From Desulfurellales bacterium (GTDB lineage: Bacteria; Campylobacterota_A; Desulfurellia; Desulfurellales; Hippeaceae), in contig JAMOQJ010000012.1 of the NCBI GenBank assembly GCA_027064065.1, positions 19 through 64,018 of the forward strand: DNA of 64,000 nucleotides. The letters run 5' to 3'. This document shows, in pieces, positions 52,944 through 63,020 of the stretch. How positions within the stretch are numbered: position 1 is the first letter of the stretch; each line of letters opens with the position of its first letter. The position numbers and the translations under genes were made by a program. Under the pieces are notes generated by a model. The model was not told where the DNA came from and did not search any database. It saw only the letters and a program-made list of their open reading frames with translations.

Positions 52944-52952
52944 GCTTGCCTG

Positions 52953-53005
52953 ATTCCTTGCTTTCCTTGTAAAAAGCACGGGAAGCCAAAAGTCCAAAAG
53001 GAGGG
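52953..53005 (+). promoter_or_regulatory. S6:S18 ribosomal protein leader
   Basis: TTCCTTGCTTTCC...GGGAAGCC...AGTCCAAAAGGAGG; the 5' arm can pair with the SD, resembling the known rpsF leader. Confidence 0.65.
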
Positions 53006-53010
53006 TTTTT

Positions 53011-53358
53011 ATGAAGTATTACGAGTTGCTCTACATCGTCCAGCCCACCCTTTCAGAAGAAGATTTGAAGGGTATTATGGGCGATATTGCCGGAAGGATA
53101 GAAAAAGCCGGTGGGAAGATTCTTAAAAATGAGGTATGGCAGAAGAGAAATCTTGCATACCCAATCAAGAAATTCAAACAGGGATATTATGTATTGGTGC
53201 ACTACAAAGCCGAAGCAAATGTCCCAAAAGAGATTGAAGAAAGAATGAGAATTAAGGAAGACATCTTGAGATTTATGACAACAAACATGTTAAAGAAGGA
53301 TATGGCGGCATACGAAAAGCAGCAAAACCAAGAAGCAAAAGACGATGGCAACGCTTAA
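53011..53358 (+). CDS. rpsF: 30S ribosomal protein S6
   Basis: YELLYI, W.KRNLAYPIKK and ILRF motifs. Confidence 0.97.
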   Translation: MKYYELLYIVQPTLSEEDLKGIMGDIAGRIEKAGGKILKNEVWQKRNLAYPIKKFKQGYYVLVHYKAEANVPKEIEERMRIKEDILRFMTTNMLKKDMAAYEKQQNQEAKDDGNA

Positions 53359-53746
53359 TAAAGTTCTGTTGATGGGTAATTTAACGAGAGACCCTGAATT
53401 GCGTTACACACCAAGCGGTCTTGCTATAGCATCGTTTGGTATTGCTGTTAATAGCCCTATTGGAAAAGACGACAGCGGAAACCCAAAAACAGAAACGCTC
53501 TTTATAGATGCCACGGCTTTCGGAAGGTTGGCTGAAACTATAGCTGAGTATCTAAAAAAGGGTGCTCCCATATTTGTCGAAGGCAGGTTGAGATATAGAA
53601 CTTGGGAAGACAATAACGGCAACAGACGCTCAAAACATGAAATTGTAGTAAATAATTTTCAGTTTTTGGCATCAAGAGAAAAACAGTCAAGTTCCGTTGC
53701 CAGTGAGATAGAAACACCGACTGAAGATGAAGATATTCCATTTTAA
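53345..53746 (+). CDS. ssb: Single-stranded DNA-binding protein
   Basis: NKVLLMGNLTRDPELRYT and C-terminal DIPF. Confidence 0.98.
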   Translation: MATLNKVLLMGNLTRDPELRYTPSGLAIASFGIAVNSPIGKDDSGNPKTETLFIDATAFGRLAETIAEYLKKGAPIFVEGRLRYRTWEDNNGNRRSKHEIVVNNFQFLASREKQSSSVASEIETPTEDEDIPF

Positions 53747-53764
53747 AATTTACGGAGGTAGAAA

Positions 53765-54022
53765 ATGAATAATAATAGAAAAAGAAGATATTTTAGATAC
53801 CCAAAAAAGAAATTTTGTCATTTCTGTTCGAATAAAATGGATGAGATAGATTATAAAGACATAAATCTACTCTCAAGATATGTTACGGAAAGATACAAAA
53901 TATTGGGCAGAAAAACTACAGCAACATGCGCAAAACACCAAAGAATGCTAACAACCGCAATCAAAAGAGCAAGGGTTATGGCTCTTCTTCCATTCACCGT
54001 TAGCAGAAAACTAAAGGGATAA
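53765..54022 (+). CDS. rpsR: 30S ribosomal protein S18
   Basis: CHFC, IDYKD and HQR..AIKRAR..LLPF motifs. Confidence 0.97.
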   Translation: MNNNRKRRYFRYPKKKFCHFCSNKMDEIDYKDINLLSRYVTERYKILGRKTTATCAKHQRMLTTAIKRARVMALLPFTVSRKLKG

Positions 54023-54038
54023 AAGGGGGCTTAATAAA

Positions 54039-54494
54039 ATGAAAATAGTTCTTCTTGAAGATGTAGATAAATTAGGATATGCAGGCGATATAAAGAACGT
54101 AAAAGACGGATATGCAAGGAATTATTTAATCCCAAAGGGTATTGCACTTGCCGCAACAAAAAGCAATCTAAAGGTTGTTGAAGAAAAAAGACAAAGCATT
54201 CTAAGAAAAGTAGAGAAAAAGATTGAAGAAGCCAAAAAAGTAAAAGCAGCTTTGGATGGCGTTGTAGTTGAAATTACTGCAAAAGTCGGCAAAGAAGGAA
54301 AGCTATTCGGTTCAGTTACGTCAAACGAGATATACGAAAAACTAAAAGATAAAACAGAAGGAATTGACAAGAAAGATATAAAGATTCCCGAAGGCGGCAT
54401 AAAATCTGTTGGTGAGTATGATATAGAAATAGCAATATACAGAGATATTAAGGCTTCCGTAAAGGTTATTGTAAAAGCAGAAGATGAGCAATAA
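54039..54494 (+). CDS. rplI: 50S ribosomal protein L9
   Basis: VKDGYARNYLIP and GKLFGSVT motifs. Confidence 0.98.
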   Translation: MKIVLLEDVDKLGYAGDIKNVKDGYARNYLIPKGIALAATKSNLKVVEEKRQSILRKVEKKIEEAKKVKAALDGVVVEITAKVGKEGKLFGSVTSNEIYEKLKDKTEGIDKKDIKIPEGGIKSVGEYDIEIAIYRDIKASVKVIVKAEDEQ

Positions 54495-55836
54495 GCTTCT
54501 AAGAGCTTATCCACAATCGATAGAAGCAGAGAGAGCGCTTTTGTGCTCTCTTTTTTTGGATAATTCAAAGGTAGGCGATATACTTGAGATAATAGACAGC
54601 AAAGATTTTTATGACGAACGCAATATGGCTATATTTAATGCCATAAAGGAACTGTATGAAGATAACTCTCCTTTTGATTTTATAACCGTAACAAATCTTT
54701 TAAAAGAAAAGGGTTTATTGGATAAGGTTGGTTTATCTTACATAACAAGCGTAATAGACTATCTTCCAGCACCTGCAAACGCAAGATACTATGCGCAAAT
54801 CATACACAAAAAATCTATCCTGCGTTCCTTGATTGATATTTCATCGGAGATAGCGAGTGTATGCTATGAAGAGCCTGAAGAGATAGACGACATATTAAAT
54901 TTGGCAGAAAAAAAGATTTTTGAGATATCAAGCAAAAAATCAAACAAATACTTAGCCGTTGATGAGATGACCGATGAAACGTTGGAATATATAGAAGCTC
55001 TAAGAAAAAGACAAACCGTATTAACCGGCATTCCATCAGGCTTTAATGATTTGGATAGAATGACAAACGGATTTCAAAACGGCGATTTAATAATTATAGC
55101 CGGAAGGCCGAGTATGGGAAAGACTGCTTTTGCATTGAGCGCGGCTATGAATGCAGCCGTTGAGCACTCAAAAAAAATTGGCATATTTAACTTAGAAATG
55201 ACCGCAAGGCAATTAGTTTTAAGGATGTTATCGTTTTTATCGGGTATTGGTGTATCGAGCTTAAGAACAGGTTTTATCAATAACGAAGAGATGGATAGAG
55301 TTGTGAGTGCTTTGGATAAACTTAAGAAAGTCAGAATTTACATAGACGACACATCTTTTTTAACCGTTGCCGACATAAGGACAAAGGCAAGGAAAATGAA
55401 GATAGAAAAAGATATAGATATGCTTGTGATTGACTATCTTCAGCTTATCCAGGGCGCAGGTTCATCTTCTCAAAACAGGACTCAGGAAATATCAGAAATC
55501 TCAAGGTCTCTAAAGATTTTGGCAAAGGAACTTGACATACCTATAATATCCTTATCGCAGTTGAACAGAGCTGTGGAATCAAGAGACGACAAAAGACCGA
55601 TGATGGCGGATTTAAGAGAATCAGGAGCAATTGAGCAGGATGCCGACGTGATTATGTTTATATACAGAGATGAAGTTTATAATCGAAATAAAGAAGAAAA
55701 TAAAGGTAAAGCTGAAATTATCATAGGAAAGCAGAGAAACGGACCTATAGGAACGATTGAACTTCAATTCGAAAAAAAGATAGCTGCTTTTCGAAATCTA
55801 TATAAAGAAGGACAGATAATAGAGAAAAATCTCTAA
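54484..55836 (+). CDS. dnaB: Replicative DNA helicase
   Basis: GRPSMGKT, IDYLQL, LSQLNR and DLRESGAIEQDAD motifs; no intein. Confidence 0.98.
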   Translation: MSNKLLRAYPQSIEAERALLCSLFLDNSKVGDILEIIDSKDFYDERNMAIFNAIKELYEDNSPFDFITVTNLLKEKGLLDKVGLSYITSVIDYLPAPANARYYAQIIHKKSILRSLIDISSEIASVCYEEPEEIDDILNLAEKKIFEISSKKSNKYLAVDEMTDETLEYIEALRKRQTVLTGIPSGFNDLDRMTNGFQNGDLIIIAGRPSMGKTAFALSAAMNAAVEHSKKIGIFNLEMTARQLVLRMLSFLSGIGVSSLRTGFINNEEMDRVVSALDKLKKVRIYIDDTSFLTVADIRTKARKMKIEKDIDMLVIDYLQLIQGAGSSSQNRTQEISEISRSLKILAKELDIPIISLSQLNRAVESRDDKRPMMADLRESGAIEQDADVIMFIYRDEVYNRNKEENKGKAEIIIGKQRNGPIGTIELQFEKKIAAFRNLYKEGQIIEKNL

Positions 55837-55837
55837 C

Positions 55838-58633
55838 GTGAAGTACATAAAAATCAAGGGCGCAAAGGCTCATAATCTTAAAAATATTGATGTCGATATA
55901 CCAAAATCTACAATAACAGTCATAACAGGACCTTCAGGAAGCGGAAAATCTACGCTTGCTTTTGATGTTTTATATGCCGAAGGACAAAGGCGTTATCTTG
56001 AATCTCTAAGCGCATACGCAAGACAGTTTTTGGAAAAGATGGATAAGCCGGATGTTGAAAGTATCGAAGGTTTATCTCCGGCAATTAGCATTGACCAAAA
56101 AAGCGTTTCAAACAACCCGCGTTCAACCGTAGGCACAATCACCGAAATATATGACTATATGAGACTGCTTTTTGCCCATATAGGAGAAGCATTTTGCTAC
56201 TCATGCGGAAGAAAAATAGAAAAGCAGAACCCACAAACAATTGTCGACACAGTTGCATCTATGGTTGAAAAAAAGGTTTTAGTTCTATCGCCTATAGCCA
56301 TAAATAAAAAGGGCACATTTAAAAACGAGTTTGAGACATTCAGGCAGGAAGGATTCGTCAGGGTTTTGGTAGATGCTAAAGAAAGAATGCTTGATGAAGA
56401 AATAGAGTTGGATAAAAACAAAAAACATGATATTTTTCTTGTTATAGACAGGCTAAGAATAAAAGAAAACGTAAAAGACAGGATTGCTGATTCTATAGAA
56501 TTGGCTTTGAAAAAAGGCAAGGGTTTGGTTTATATAAAGGATATGGATAGCGATGAAACGAAAGTCTTTTCAGAGCATTTTGCATGTCCATATTGCGGCA
56601 TAAACTATAAGCCTATAACGCCTCAAAGTTTTTCATTTAACTCACCTATAGGCGCATGTCCTGAGTGCTTTGGATTGGGCATAAAACATCAACTGGATTT
56701 AAAAAAACTTATACCCGATGAAAGCCTATCCGTAAGAGAAGGTGTCATTAAAATATGGAAAAAAATAAGTTATAGCTACTATGAATCGCTTTTAATAAAC
56801 GCATGTCTGCACTTTAATATAGATATATATACGCCGTTTAACGAGCTTAGCGAACGAGAACGTGATATCATACTTTTCGGCAATCCTAAAGAGGTTATAG
56901 TTGTCAAACAAAACGGTAAGACGTTAAGAAAAAGGTGGGACGGCGTTTTGTCTTTAATATCTCAACAGTTCGCTGAGACCGATAGTTTTAAGGTTAAAAA
57001 AGAGATAATGCAATTAATGAAAGAGATGGAATGTCCTGTATGTCATGGATACAGACTAAATAAAGAAAGTTTATCGGTAAAGATTGCAAATAAGAATATC
57101 ATTGATGTTACAAAAATGAAGATAAAAGAAGCTTACGAATACTTTAGCAATATTGAAAATAATCTCAATCAATACCAAAGACAGATTGCTCACAGGGTAT
57201 TGAAAGAGATAATGGTTAGATTAAGGTTTTTGATAGATGTTGGATTGGATTATCTGTCTTTGGACAGAAGCGCATCAACACTATCCGGCGGAGAAAGTCA
57301 AAGAATTAGACTTGCAACCCAAGCCGGAAGTAGTTTGAGTGGTATTATATACGTTTTAGACGAACCATCTATAGGATTGCACCCGAAGGACACCGATAGA
57401 CTGATACAAACGCTTAAACGTTTAAGGGATAACGACAATACAGTCGTAGTTGTTGAGCATGACGAGAATATAATAAGCGAAGCAGATTTTGTTATAGATA
57501 TGGGACCAAAAGCAGGAAGGTTTGGCGGAGAAGTTGTAGCAGAAGGCACACCAGATGAAATCAAACAAAACGAAAACTCTCTCACAGGTCAGTATCTTTC
57601 TGGCAAAAAAACTATACCAATACCGGAAAAAACAATAGAACCTTCAGAGTTTTTACACATAAAAGGTGCAAAGGTGCACAATTTAAAAAACATAGATGTA
57701 GATATACCGTTAAGAGCGTTTGTTTGTGTAACGGGTGTGTCGGGAAGCGGAAAGAGCTCTTTAATTTTCGACTGTATGTATGAATATATAAAGAATTACA
57801 ATATAGGGCAAATAAGAAGTAACCTATGCCATAGCATAGAAAATATAGATAAAATAGACAAAATCATAAGCATAGACCAAGCACCGATAGGCAGAACACC
57901 AAGAAGCAACCCAGCAACCTACACATCGGTTTTTAATGATATAAGGGAGTTGTTTGCGCAAACTGAAGATGCGAAGATTCAGGGCTTTAGTGCATCACGA
58001 TTCAGTTTTAATGTAAAGGGCGGAAGATGCGAAAAGTGCAAAGGTGAAGGCTATATCAAGGTAGAGATGCAGTTTTTGCCAGACGTTTACGTAAAATGTG
58101 ATGTTTGTAACGGAAAAAGATATAACGAGACGACGCTAAATGTTAAATATAAGGGCAAAAACATATACGACATATTAAGTATGACGGTTAATCAGGCGTA
58201 TGATTTCTTTGAACACATACCAAAGATAAAGAAAAAACTCGGAGTTATAAAGGACGTCGGATTGGGCTATATTCAATTAGGCCAAAATGCTACAACGCTT
58301 TCAGGCGGCGAAGCGCAAAGAATAAAGATAGCAAAATATCTTATAAGCCCGCCCATAGGCCATACTTTGTATCTACTTGATGAGCCTTCAATCGGACTCC
58401 ATATGGATGATGTTAAGAAATTAATAGCTGTTTTAAGAAGGCTTGTTGAAAATGGAAGCAGCGTTATAGTTATTGAACACAACTTAGATATAATAAAATC
58501 TTGCGATTATGTTATAGACATAGGTCCAGAAAGCGGCGATAACGGCGGGTGCGTAGTTGCCTTTGGTGCTCCCTATCGCATAGCAAAAGATTTTAAATCA
58601 CACACTGCGTTCTACTTAAAATCAAAATTTTAA
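55838..58633 (+). CDS. uvrA: Excinuclease ABC subunit A
   Basis: Two ABC ATPase domains, Zn fingers, AEGQRRY and [10 protein letters not shown] motifs. Confidence 0.98.
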   Translation: MKYIKIKGAKAHNLKNIDVDIPKSTITVITGPSGSGKSTLAFDVLYAEGQRRYLESLSAYARQFLEKMDKPDVESIEGLSPAISIDQKSVSNNPRSTVGTITEIYDYMRLLFAHIGEAFCYSCGRKIEKQNPQTIVDTVASMVEKKVLVLSPIAINKKGTFKNEFETFRQEGFVRVLVDAKERMLDEEIELDKNKKHDIFLVIDRLRIKENVKDRIADSIELALKKGKGLVYIKDMDSDETKVFSEHFACPYCGINYKPITPQSFSFNSPIGACPECFGLGIKHQLDLKKLIPDESLSVREGVIKIWKKISYSYYESLLINACLHFNIDIYTPFNELSERERDIILFGNPKEVIVVKQNGKTLRKRWDGVLSLISQQFAETDSFKVKKEIMQLMKEMECPVCHGYRLNKESLSVKIANKNIIDVTKMKIKEAYEYFSNIENNLNQYQRQIAHRVLKEIMVRLRFLIDVGLDYLSLDRSASTLSGGESQRIRLATQAGSSLSGIIYVLDEPSIGLHPKDTDRLIQTLKRLRDNDNTVVVVEHDENIISEADFVIDMGPKAGRFGGEVVAEGTPDEIKQNENSLTGQYLSGKKTIPIPEKTIEPSEFLHIKGAKVHNLKNIDVDIPLRAFVCVTGVSGSGKSSLIFDCMYEYIKNYNIGQIRSNLCHSIENIDKIDKIISIDQAPIGRTPRSNPATYTSVFNDIRELFAQTEDAKIQGFSASRFSFNVKGGRCEKCKGEGYIKVEMQFLPDVYVKCDVCNGKRYNETTLNVKYKGKNIYDILSMTVNQAYDFFEHIPKIKKKLGVIKDVGLGYIQLGQNATTLSGGEAQRIKIAKYLISPPIGHTLYLLDEPSIGLHMDDVKKLIAVLRRLVENGSSVIVIEHNLDIIKSCDYVIDIGPESGDNGGCVVAFGAPYRIAKDFKSHTAFYLKSKF

Positions 58634-58640
58634 TCCGCTA

Positions 58641-59063
58641 TTAATTGCCCTTTTCTTTTTCTTTGCATTTGCTGCATACGCCATAGCAGAACACTTCACA
58701 ATAGTCTACATCAAAACCCTCAAGACTCTTTGTTTGCTCTGTAATTTGCGTGGTATCCAAGAAAATGTCGGTTACTTCACCGCACACTTTGCATACAAGA
58801 TGGTGGTGTTTCTTTTGAGCGGCTATCTCGTATTTGTTTTTTATCTCGTTGATGTTGAGCTCTTTTATTACACCGTGCTCTTTTAATGTGTGAAGATTTT
58901 TATATACCGTAGCTAAAGACATAGAAGGAAATGTTCTGGATAAATTTTTGTAAATACTATCCAAATCTATGTGACCGAATTTTGCTATTTCTTTAAGAAT
59001 AGCCAATCTCTGCGGTGTAGCCTTGAGAGGCGTTCCTTCAAGAAGCTTTTTAATTTTTTCCAT
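58641..59063 (-). CDS. Fur-family regulator (PerR/Fur-like)
   Basis: TPQRLAIL, SLATVYKNL, HHHLVCKVCG and C-terminal CxxC; ATG at 59063 after GGAGGT. Confidence 0.92.
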   Translation of the reverse strand: MEKIKKLLEGTPLKATPQRLAILKEIAKFGHIDLDSIYKNLSRTFPSMSLATVYKNLHTLKEHGVIKELNINEIKNKYEIAAQKKHHHLVCKVCGEVTDIFLDTTQITEQTKSLEGFDVDYCEVFCYGVCSKCKEKEKGN

Positions 59064-59176
59064 GTCATACCTCCGATAAAATTTTTTTCTCAATTACATT
59101 CTACCAATACAAGCCTAAATGTCAAGAAATATTTTTTATCCTTGACAAAATGATAGTTTTTAGTTATAGTATAAAC

Positions 59177-59264
59177 GTATCAAGTATTCTTACTGTTATC
59201 CTGCCTATTTGCCGCTTGGTTGAGTTATCGCTCCATCTATAACTTGGCCAAGCGGTTTCTTTTT
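59177..59264 (+). ncRNA. Candidate ~85-nt small RNA divergent from the Fur-family gene
   Basis: TTGACA(59142)-17-TATAGT promoter; long hairpin at 59211-59256 plus U-tract; no credible ORF. Confidence 0.5.
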
Positions 59265-59341
59265 ATATTATTTTGACATTTATATTGCTCATTGAGACTT
59301 TACATAGCAAATGTAGTTTGATAGCATACTAAATACTTAGA

Positions 59342-59500
59342 GTCGGGTCATAAGGAAGTCCGGTGAAAATCCGGCGCTGCCCCCGCAACTGTAAGGCTGA
59401 CGAAATTTTTCACTATGCCACTGTCGAGATTATGTGGACGCATACTCGACGGGAAGGCGAAAAAGAGTAGGACGAAGCCAAGCCAGGAGACTTGCCCGAC
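59342..59500 (+). promoter_or_regulatory. Cobalamin riboswitch
   Basis: GGAAGTCCGGTGAAAATCCGGCGCTGCCCCCGCAACTGTAA, GCCACTG...GGGAAGGC and AGCCAGGAGAC B12 box; P1 GTCGGG/CCCGAC. Confidence 0.93.
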
Positions 59501-59589
59501 GGATAATAGAACGGGAGGTTCGCAATGATTTATATAATCCGTTTTTCCATATAATCCATATTTATTAACATAAATCTATAGGAGGCATT

Positions 59590-61626
59590 GTGTTTCAAAA
59601 GATAATAAAAAGAGACGGTAGAGTTGTAGATTTTGACGCATCTAAAATTACCGATGCGATAGAAAAAGCCGGCAAAGCAACTAAAGAGTTTGAAAGGGAT
59701 ATAGCAGAGAAATTTACGCTTAAGGTTTTGAATTTGGCATACCAAATTTTTGGAGATAAAATTCCAAGCGTTGAACAGATTCAAGATATAGTGGAAGAAG
59801 TTCTGATAACATCTCCCTTTATTAAAACGGCAAAGGCTTACATAATCTATAGGGAGCAACATTCGAGATTAAGGGAATTAAAAAACAGGGCGGATATAAC
59901 GTTGGTCGATAACTATCTTGATAAAATAGATTGGGAAGTAAAAGAAAACAGCAATATGAGTTTTTCTCTTCAAGGGTTAAACAACTACATATCTTCCCAC
60001 ATAAGCAAAACCTATTGGCTAAACAAGATATACCCTAAAGAAATTAGAGAAGCCCACATAAACGGTGATATACATATACACGATTTGGGTTTGTTGAGTG
60101 TATATTGCGTAGGGTGGGATTTGAACGATTTGCTCATGCGCGGATTTAGAGGGGCAAAAGGCAAAGTATCAAGCAAGCCAGCAAAACATTTTAGAAGCAT
60201 ACTCGGTCAAATAGTAAACTTTTTCTACACGCTTCAAGGAGAAGCGGCAGGTGCTCAAGCGTTTTCCAATTTCGATACGTTACTTGCACCGTTTATTGCA
60301 TACGATAATTTAAGTTATACCGATGTAAAACAGGCTCTTCAGGAGTTTGTTTTCAATGTTAATGTTCCTACCAGGGTGGGTTTTCAAACGCCCTTTTCCA
60401 ACGTTACGCTTGATTTGAAGGTGCCTGGGTATATGAAAAACCAAGCCGTAATAATAGGCGGCAAGATGCAAAACGCTACATACGGCGAATTTCAAAAAGA
60501 GATGGATATGTTCAATAAAGCCTTTTTAGAGGTTTTATCCGAAGGAGATGCAGACGGCAGGGTTTTTACGTTTCCTATCCCTACCTATAACATAACAAAG
60601 GATTTTGAATGGGATAATAAAAGTCTCGATACACTTTGGGCATCAACGGCAAAATACGGCATACCCTACTTTGCCAATTTTTTAAACTCTGATATGTCGC
60701 CCGAAGATGCACGCTCGATGTGTTGTAGGTTAAGGCTCGATACAAAAGAGTTAAAGAAAAGAGGCGGCGGACTATTTGGCGCAAACCCGTTAACCGGTTC
60801 GATAGGTGTTGTAACAATAAATATGCCAAGAATCGGTTATCTGTCTTCGGATGAAAACGAATTTATAGAGCGGGTTTTATCTTTAATGGAATTAGCCAAA
60901 GAATCTTTGGAGATAAAAAGAAAGGTGCTTGAGAAGTTTACCGAAAACAATCTTTACCCATATTCCAAGTTTTATTTGCAGGCGGTTAAAGAGCGTTTTG
61001 GCGAATATTGGAAGAATCATTTTTCTACAATAGGACTTGTCGGTATGAACGAAGCGTGTTTAAACCTATTTGGAGAAGATATTTCTTCCAATCGTTCGGT
61101 TGAATTTAGTTTGGATGTTTTGAAGATAATGCGCGAAAAACTCATTGATTTTCAAAATGAGACGGGCAATAATTATAATCTCGAAGCCACACCGGCCGAA
61201 GGAACATCCTTTAGGTTAGCAAGGATAGATAAGAAGAGATTTTCTGATATTAAAACGGCAAATCAAAGCGGAAAACCCTATTATACAAATTCAACACAGC
61301 TTCCCGTGAATTTTACAGACGATATTTTTGAGGCTTTGGAGCTTCAGGATAGATTGCAGTCAAGTTACACCGGCGGAACTGTTTTGCACATTTTTGTAGG
61401 CGAAAAGATTGAAAATCCAGAAAGTGTAAAGAAACTTATCAAGACAATCTTTGAAAACTATACATTGCCATACATAACCATAACGCCTACCTTTTCAGTA
61501 TGTCCGATACATGGATATATATCCGGAGAGCATTACGAATGTCCGATATGCAAACAGGAAAAACTGGATGCGATAGAAGAAGAGATAAGACTTTTAGAAT
61601 CTAAACTAAAGGAGGTACAGTTATGA
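59590..61626 (+). CDS. nrdD: Class III ribonucleotide reductase, large part (ATP cone, barrel, Zn site; no glycyl-radical loop)
   Basis: IIKRDG ATP cone, IHIHDL, SMCCRL, EATPAEG, YTGGTVLH and CPIH...CPIC motifs. Confidence 0.95.
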   Translation: MFQKIIKRDGRVVDFDASKITDAIEKAGKATKEFERDIAEKFTLKVLNLAYQIFGDKIPSVEQIQDIVEEVLITSPFIKTAKAYIIYREQHSRLRELKNRADITLVDNYLDKIDWEVKENSNMSFSLQGLNNYISSHISKTYWLNKIYPKEIREAHINGDIHIHDLGLLSVYCVGWDLNDLLMRGFRGAKGKVSSKPAKHFRSILGQIVNFFYTLQGEAAGAQAFSNFDTLLAPFIAYDNLSYTDVKQALQEFVFNVNVPTRVGFQTPFSNVTLDLKVPGYMKNQAVIIGGKMQNATYGEFQKEMDMFNKAFLEVLSEGDADGRVFTFPIPTYNITKDFEWDNKSLDTLWASTAKYGIPYFANFLNSDMSPEDARSMCCRLRLDTKELKKRGGGLFGANPLTGSIGVVTINMPRIGYLSSDENEFIERVLSLMELAKESLEIKRKVLEKFTENNLYPYSKFYLQAVKERFGEYWKNHFSTIGLVGMNEACLNLFGEDISSNRSVEFSLDVLKIMREKLIDFQNETGNNYNLEATPAEGTSFRLARIDKKRFSDIKTANQSGKPYYTNSTQLPVNFTDDIFEALELQDRLQSSYTGGTVLHIFVGEKIENPESVKKLIKTIFENYTLPYITITPTFSVCPIHGYISGEHYECPICKQEKLDAIEEEIRLLESKLKEVQL

Positions 61627-61799
61627 CAAAAAAGGATATAGAAAGAAGAATTGCCGAATTGGAAAATCAAAAGTCCAAAATAACAGGAACAAAATGTGAA
61701 GTATACTCAAGGGTTGTGGGATATTTAAGGCCAATAGAGCAGTGGAACGACGGAAAAGCCGAGGAGTTTAAAGAAAGAAAAACATTTAAGATACAATGA
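61623..61799 (+). CDS. Stand-alone NrdD glycyl-radical domain, 58 aa (not in ORF track)
   Basis: MTKKDIERRIAELENQKSKITGTKCEVYSRVVGYLRPIEQWNDGKAEEFKERKTFKIQ; own AAGGAGGT RBS; ATGA overlaps at both ends. Confidence 0.92.
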   Translation: MTKKDIERRIAELENQKSKITGTKCEVYSRVVGYLRPIEQWNDGKAEEFKERKTFKIQ

Positions 61800-62479
61800 A
61801 GATAGGTGCTTTACAGAAATTTTCGCTTATAGATTATCCAAACGAAATTTGCGCGATAATTTTTACGGTCGGCTGCAACTTTAGGTGTCCCTATTGCCAC
61901 AATCCTGAACTTGTAACAGGGAGCACAAACGGGATTGAAGAAAAAGAGCTGTTTGAATTCTTGAAAAAAAGAACGGGTAGGCTTACTGCCGTTTCAATAA
62001 CCGGTGGCGAGCCTACCATTCATAAAGATTTGCCCGTTGTTATAAAAAAGATAAAAGAGCTTGGATATAAGGTTAAACTCGATACTAACGGAACAAATCC
62101 TGACGCAATAGATGAATTGATAGGGTTTTCACTTATTGACTACATAGCCATGGATATAAAAGCGCCGTTTGAAAAATACGATAGAGTAACAAATGTAAAA
62201 TGCAAGATAGACGATATACGAAGAAGTATTGATATAATAAAAAAGTCCAACATAAACTATGAATTTAGAACGACTGTTGTTGAAGGATTGCTTTCCAAAG
62301 AAGATGTATTGAAAATAGCAAAATCCATAAAAGGCGCAAAAGTATACTTTATCCAACGATTCATACCGTCAAAAACACTAAACAAAGCCTACATGAATAA
62401 ATCCAGTATAACAAACGATGAATTAGACGAGATTAAAAAGGATGTGTCGATGTATTTTGACAGATTTGGTATTAGATAA
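61796..62479 (+). CDS. nrdG: Class III RNR activating radical-SAM enzyme
   Basis: SLIDYP, GCNFRCPYCHNP, TGGEPT and KLDTNG motifs. Confidence 0.95.
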   Translation: MKIGALQKFSLIDYPNEICAIIFTVGCNFRCPYCHNPELVTGSTNGIEEKELFEFLKKRTGRLTAVSITGGEPTIHKDLPVVIKKIKELGYKVKLDTNGTNPDAIDELIGFSLIDYIAMDIKAPFEKYDRVTNVKCKIDDIRRSIDIIKKSNINYEFRTTVVEGLLSKEDVLKIAKSIKGAKVYFIQRFIPSKTLNKAYMNKSSITNDELDEIKKDVSMYFDRFGIR

Positions 62480-62608
62480 GTTAATTTAAAAGTAATCAAC
62501 AATTAGTATTTAGAAAAATAAGGCTTTGTTATTATATCTACTTGTGCCCGTTTCTTTGCACTCAACAAAAAAGGACAGCCTTAAATTTGCAGATTAGATA
62601 TTTATTAT

Positions 62609-62786
62609 TTATATAAGTGATTTTGTTATTTTTGAATGTAGGTTTTTTCTTTATGAAAAGGAAAAACAAATCTTTCATTTTCTTTTTTGTAAATCGTATG
62701 ACTTCCCTTGATTTTTATACATTTAATCTGGCGTCAAACAGCAACCTTTCGGCTTCTTTGGCTGTTAATCTCTTTAATTTAGGCAA
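62609..62786 (-). pseudogene. Frameshifted HicA-type toxin
   Basis: TTG-PKLKRLTAKEAERLL, then in shifted frames KCIKIKGSHTIYKK and ENERFVFPFHKEKNL. Confidence 0.75.
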
Positions 62787-62997
62787 TTTTTACTTCAATA
62801 AAGGTTGTTAGTATCTCTTTGCTTAAATGGTGTTTTCTTTCATCTTCGGATAGTATTTCAAGATAAAGCTCCACGGCTTCTTTTATATTCTCAAGAACTT
62901 CTTCAAGAGAATTTCCTTGGCTATGACAACCCTTCAATTCAGGACAAAAGGCATAATAGCCATGATTATCCTTTTCAATTATAACGTTTACCTTCAT
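62779..62997 (-). CDS. HicB-family antitoxin (short form)
   Basis: VIIEKD..GYYAFCPELKGCHSQG.SLEE..ENIKEAVELYLE; likely ATG at 62997. Confidence 0.88.
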   Translation of the reverse strand: MKVNVIIEKDNHGYYAFCPELKGCHSQGNSLEEVLENIKEAVELYLEILSEDERKHHLSKEILTTFIEVKIA

Positions 62998-63020
62998 ATT
63001 TTTTCCCAAACATAAATTAA

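Noticed and set aside
54506..54514. Perfect DnaA box TTATCCACA
   Set aside because: Single copy inside dnaB; no cluster of boxes and no dnaA nearby
59270..59320. Possible NrdR boxes upstream of nrdD
   Set aside because: Spacing does not fit the CwAtATaTwG core
1186..62811. Many short antisense or nested ORFs in the track
   Set aside because: Shadow frames of well-supported genes with no recognisable motifs
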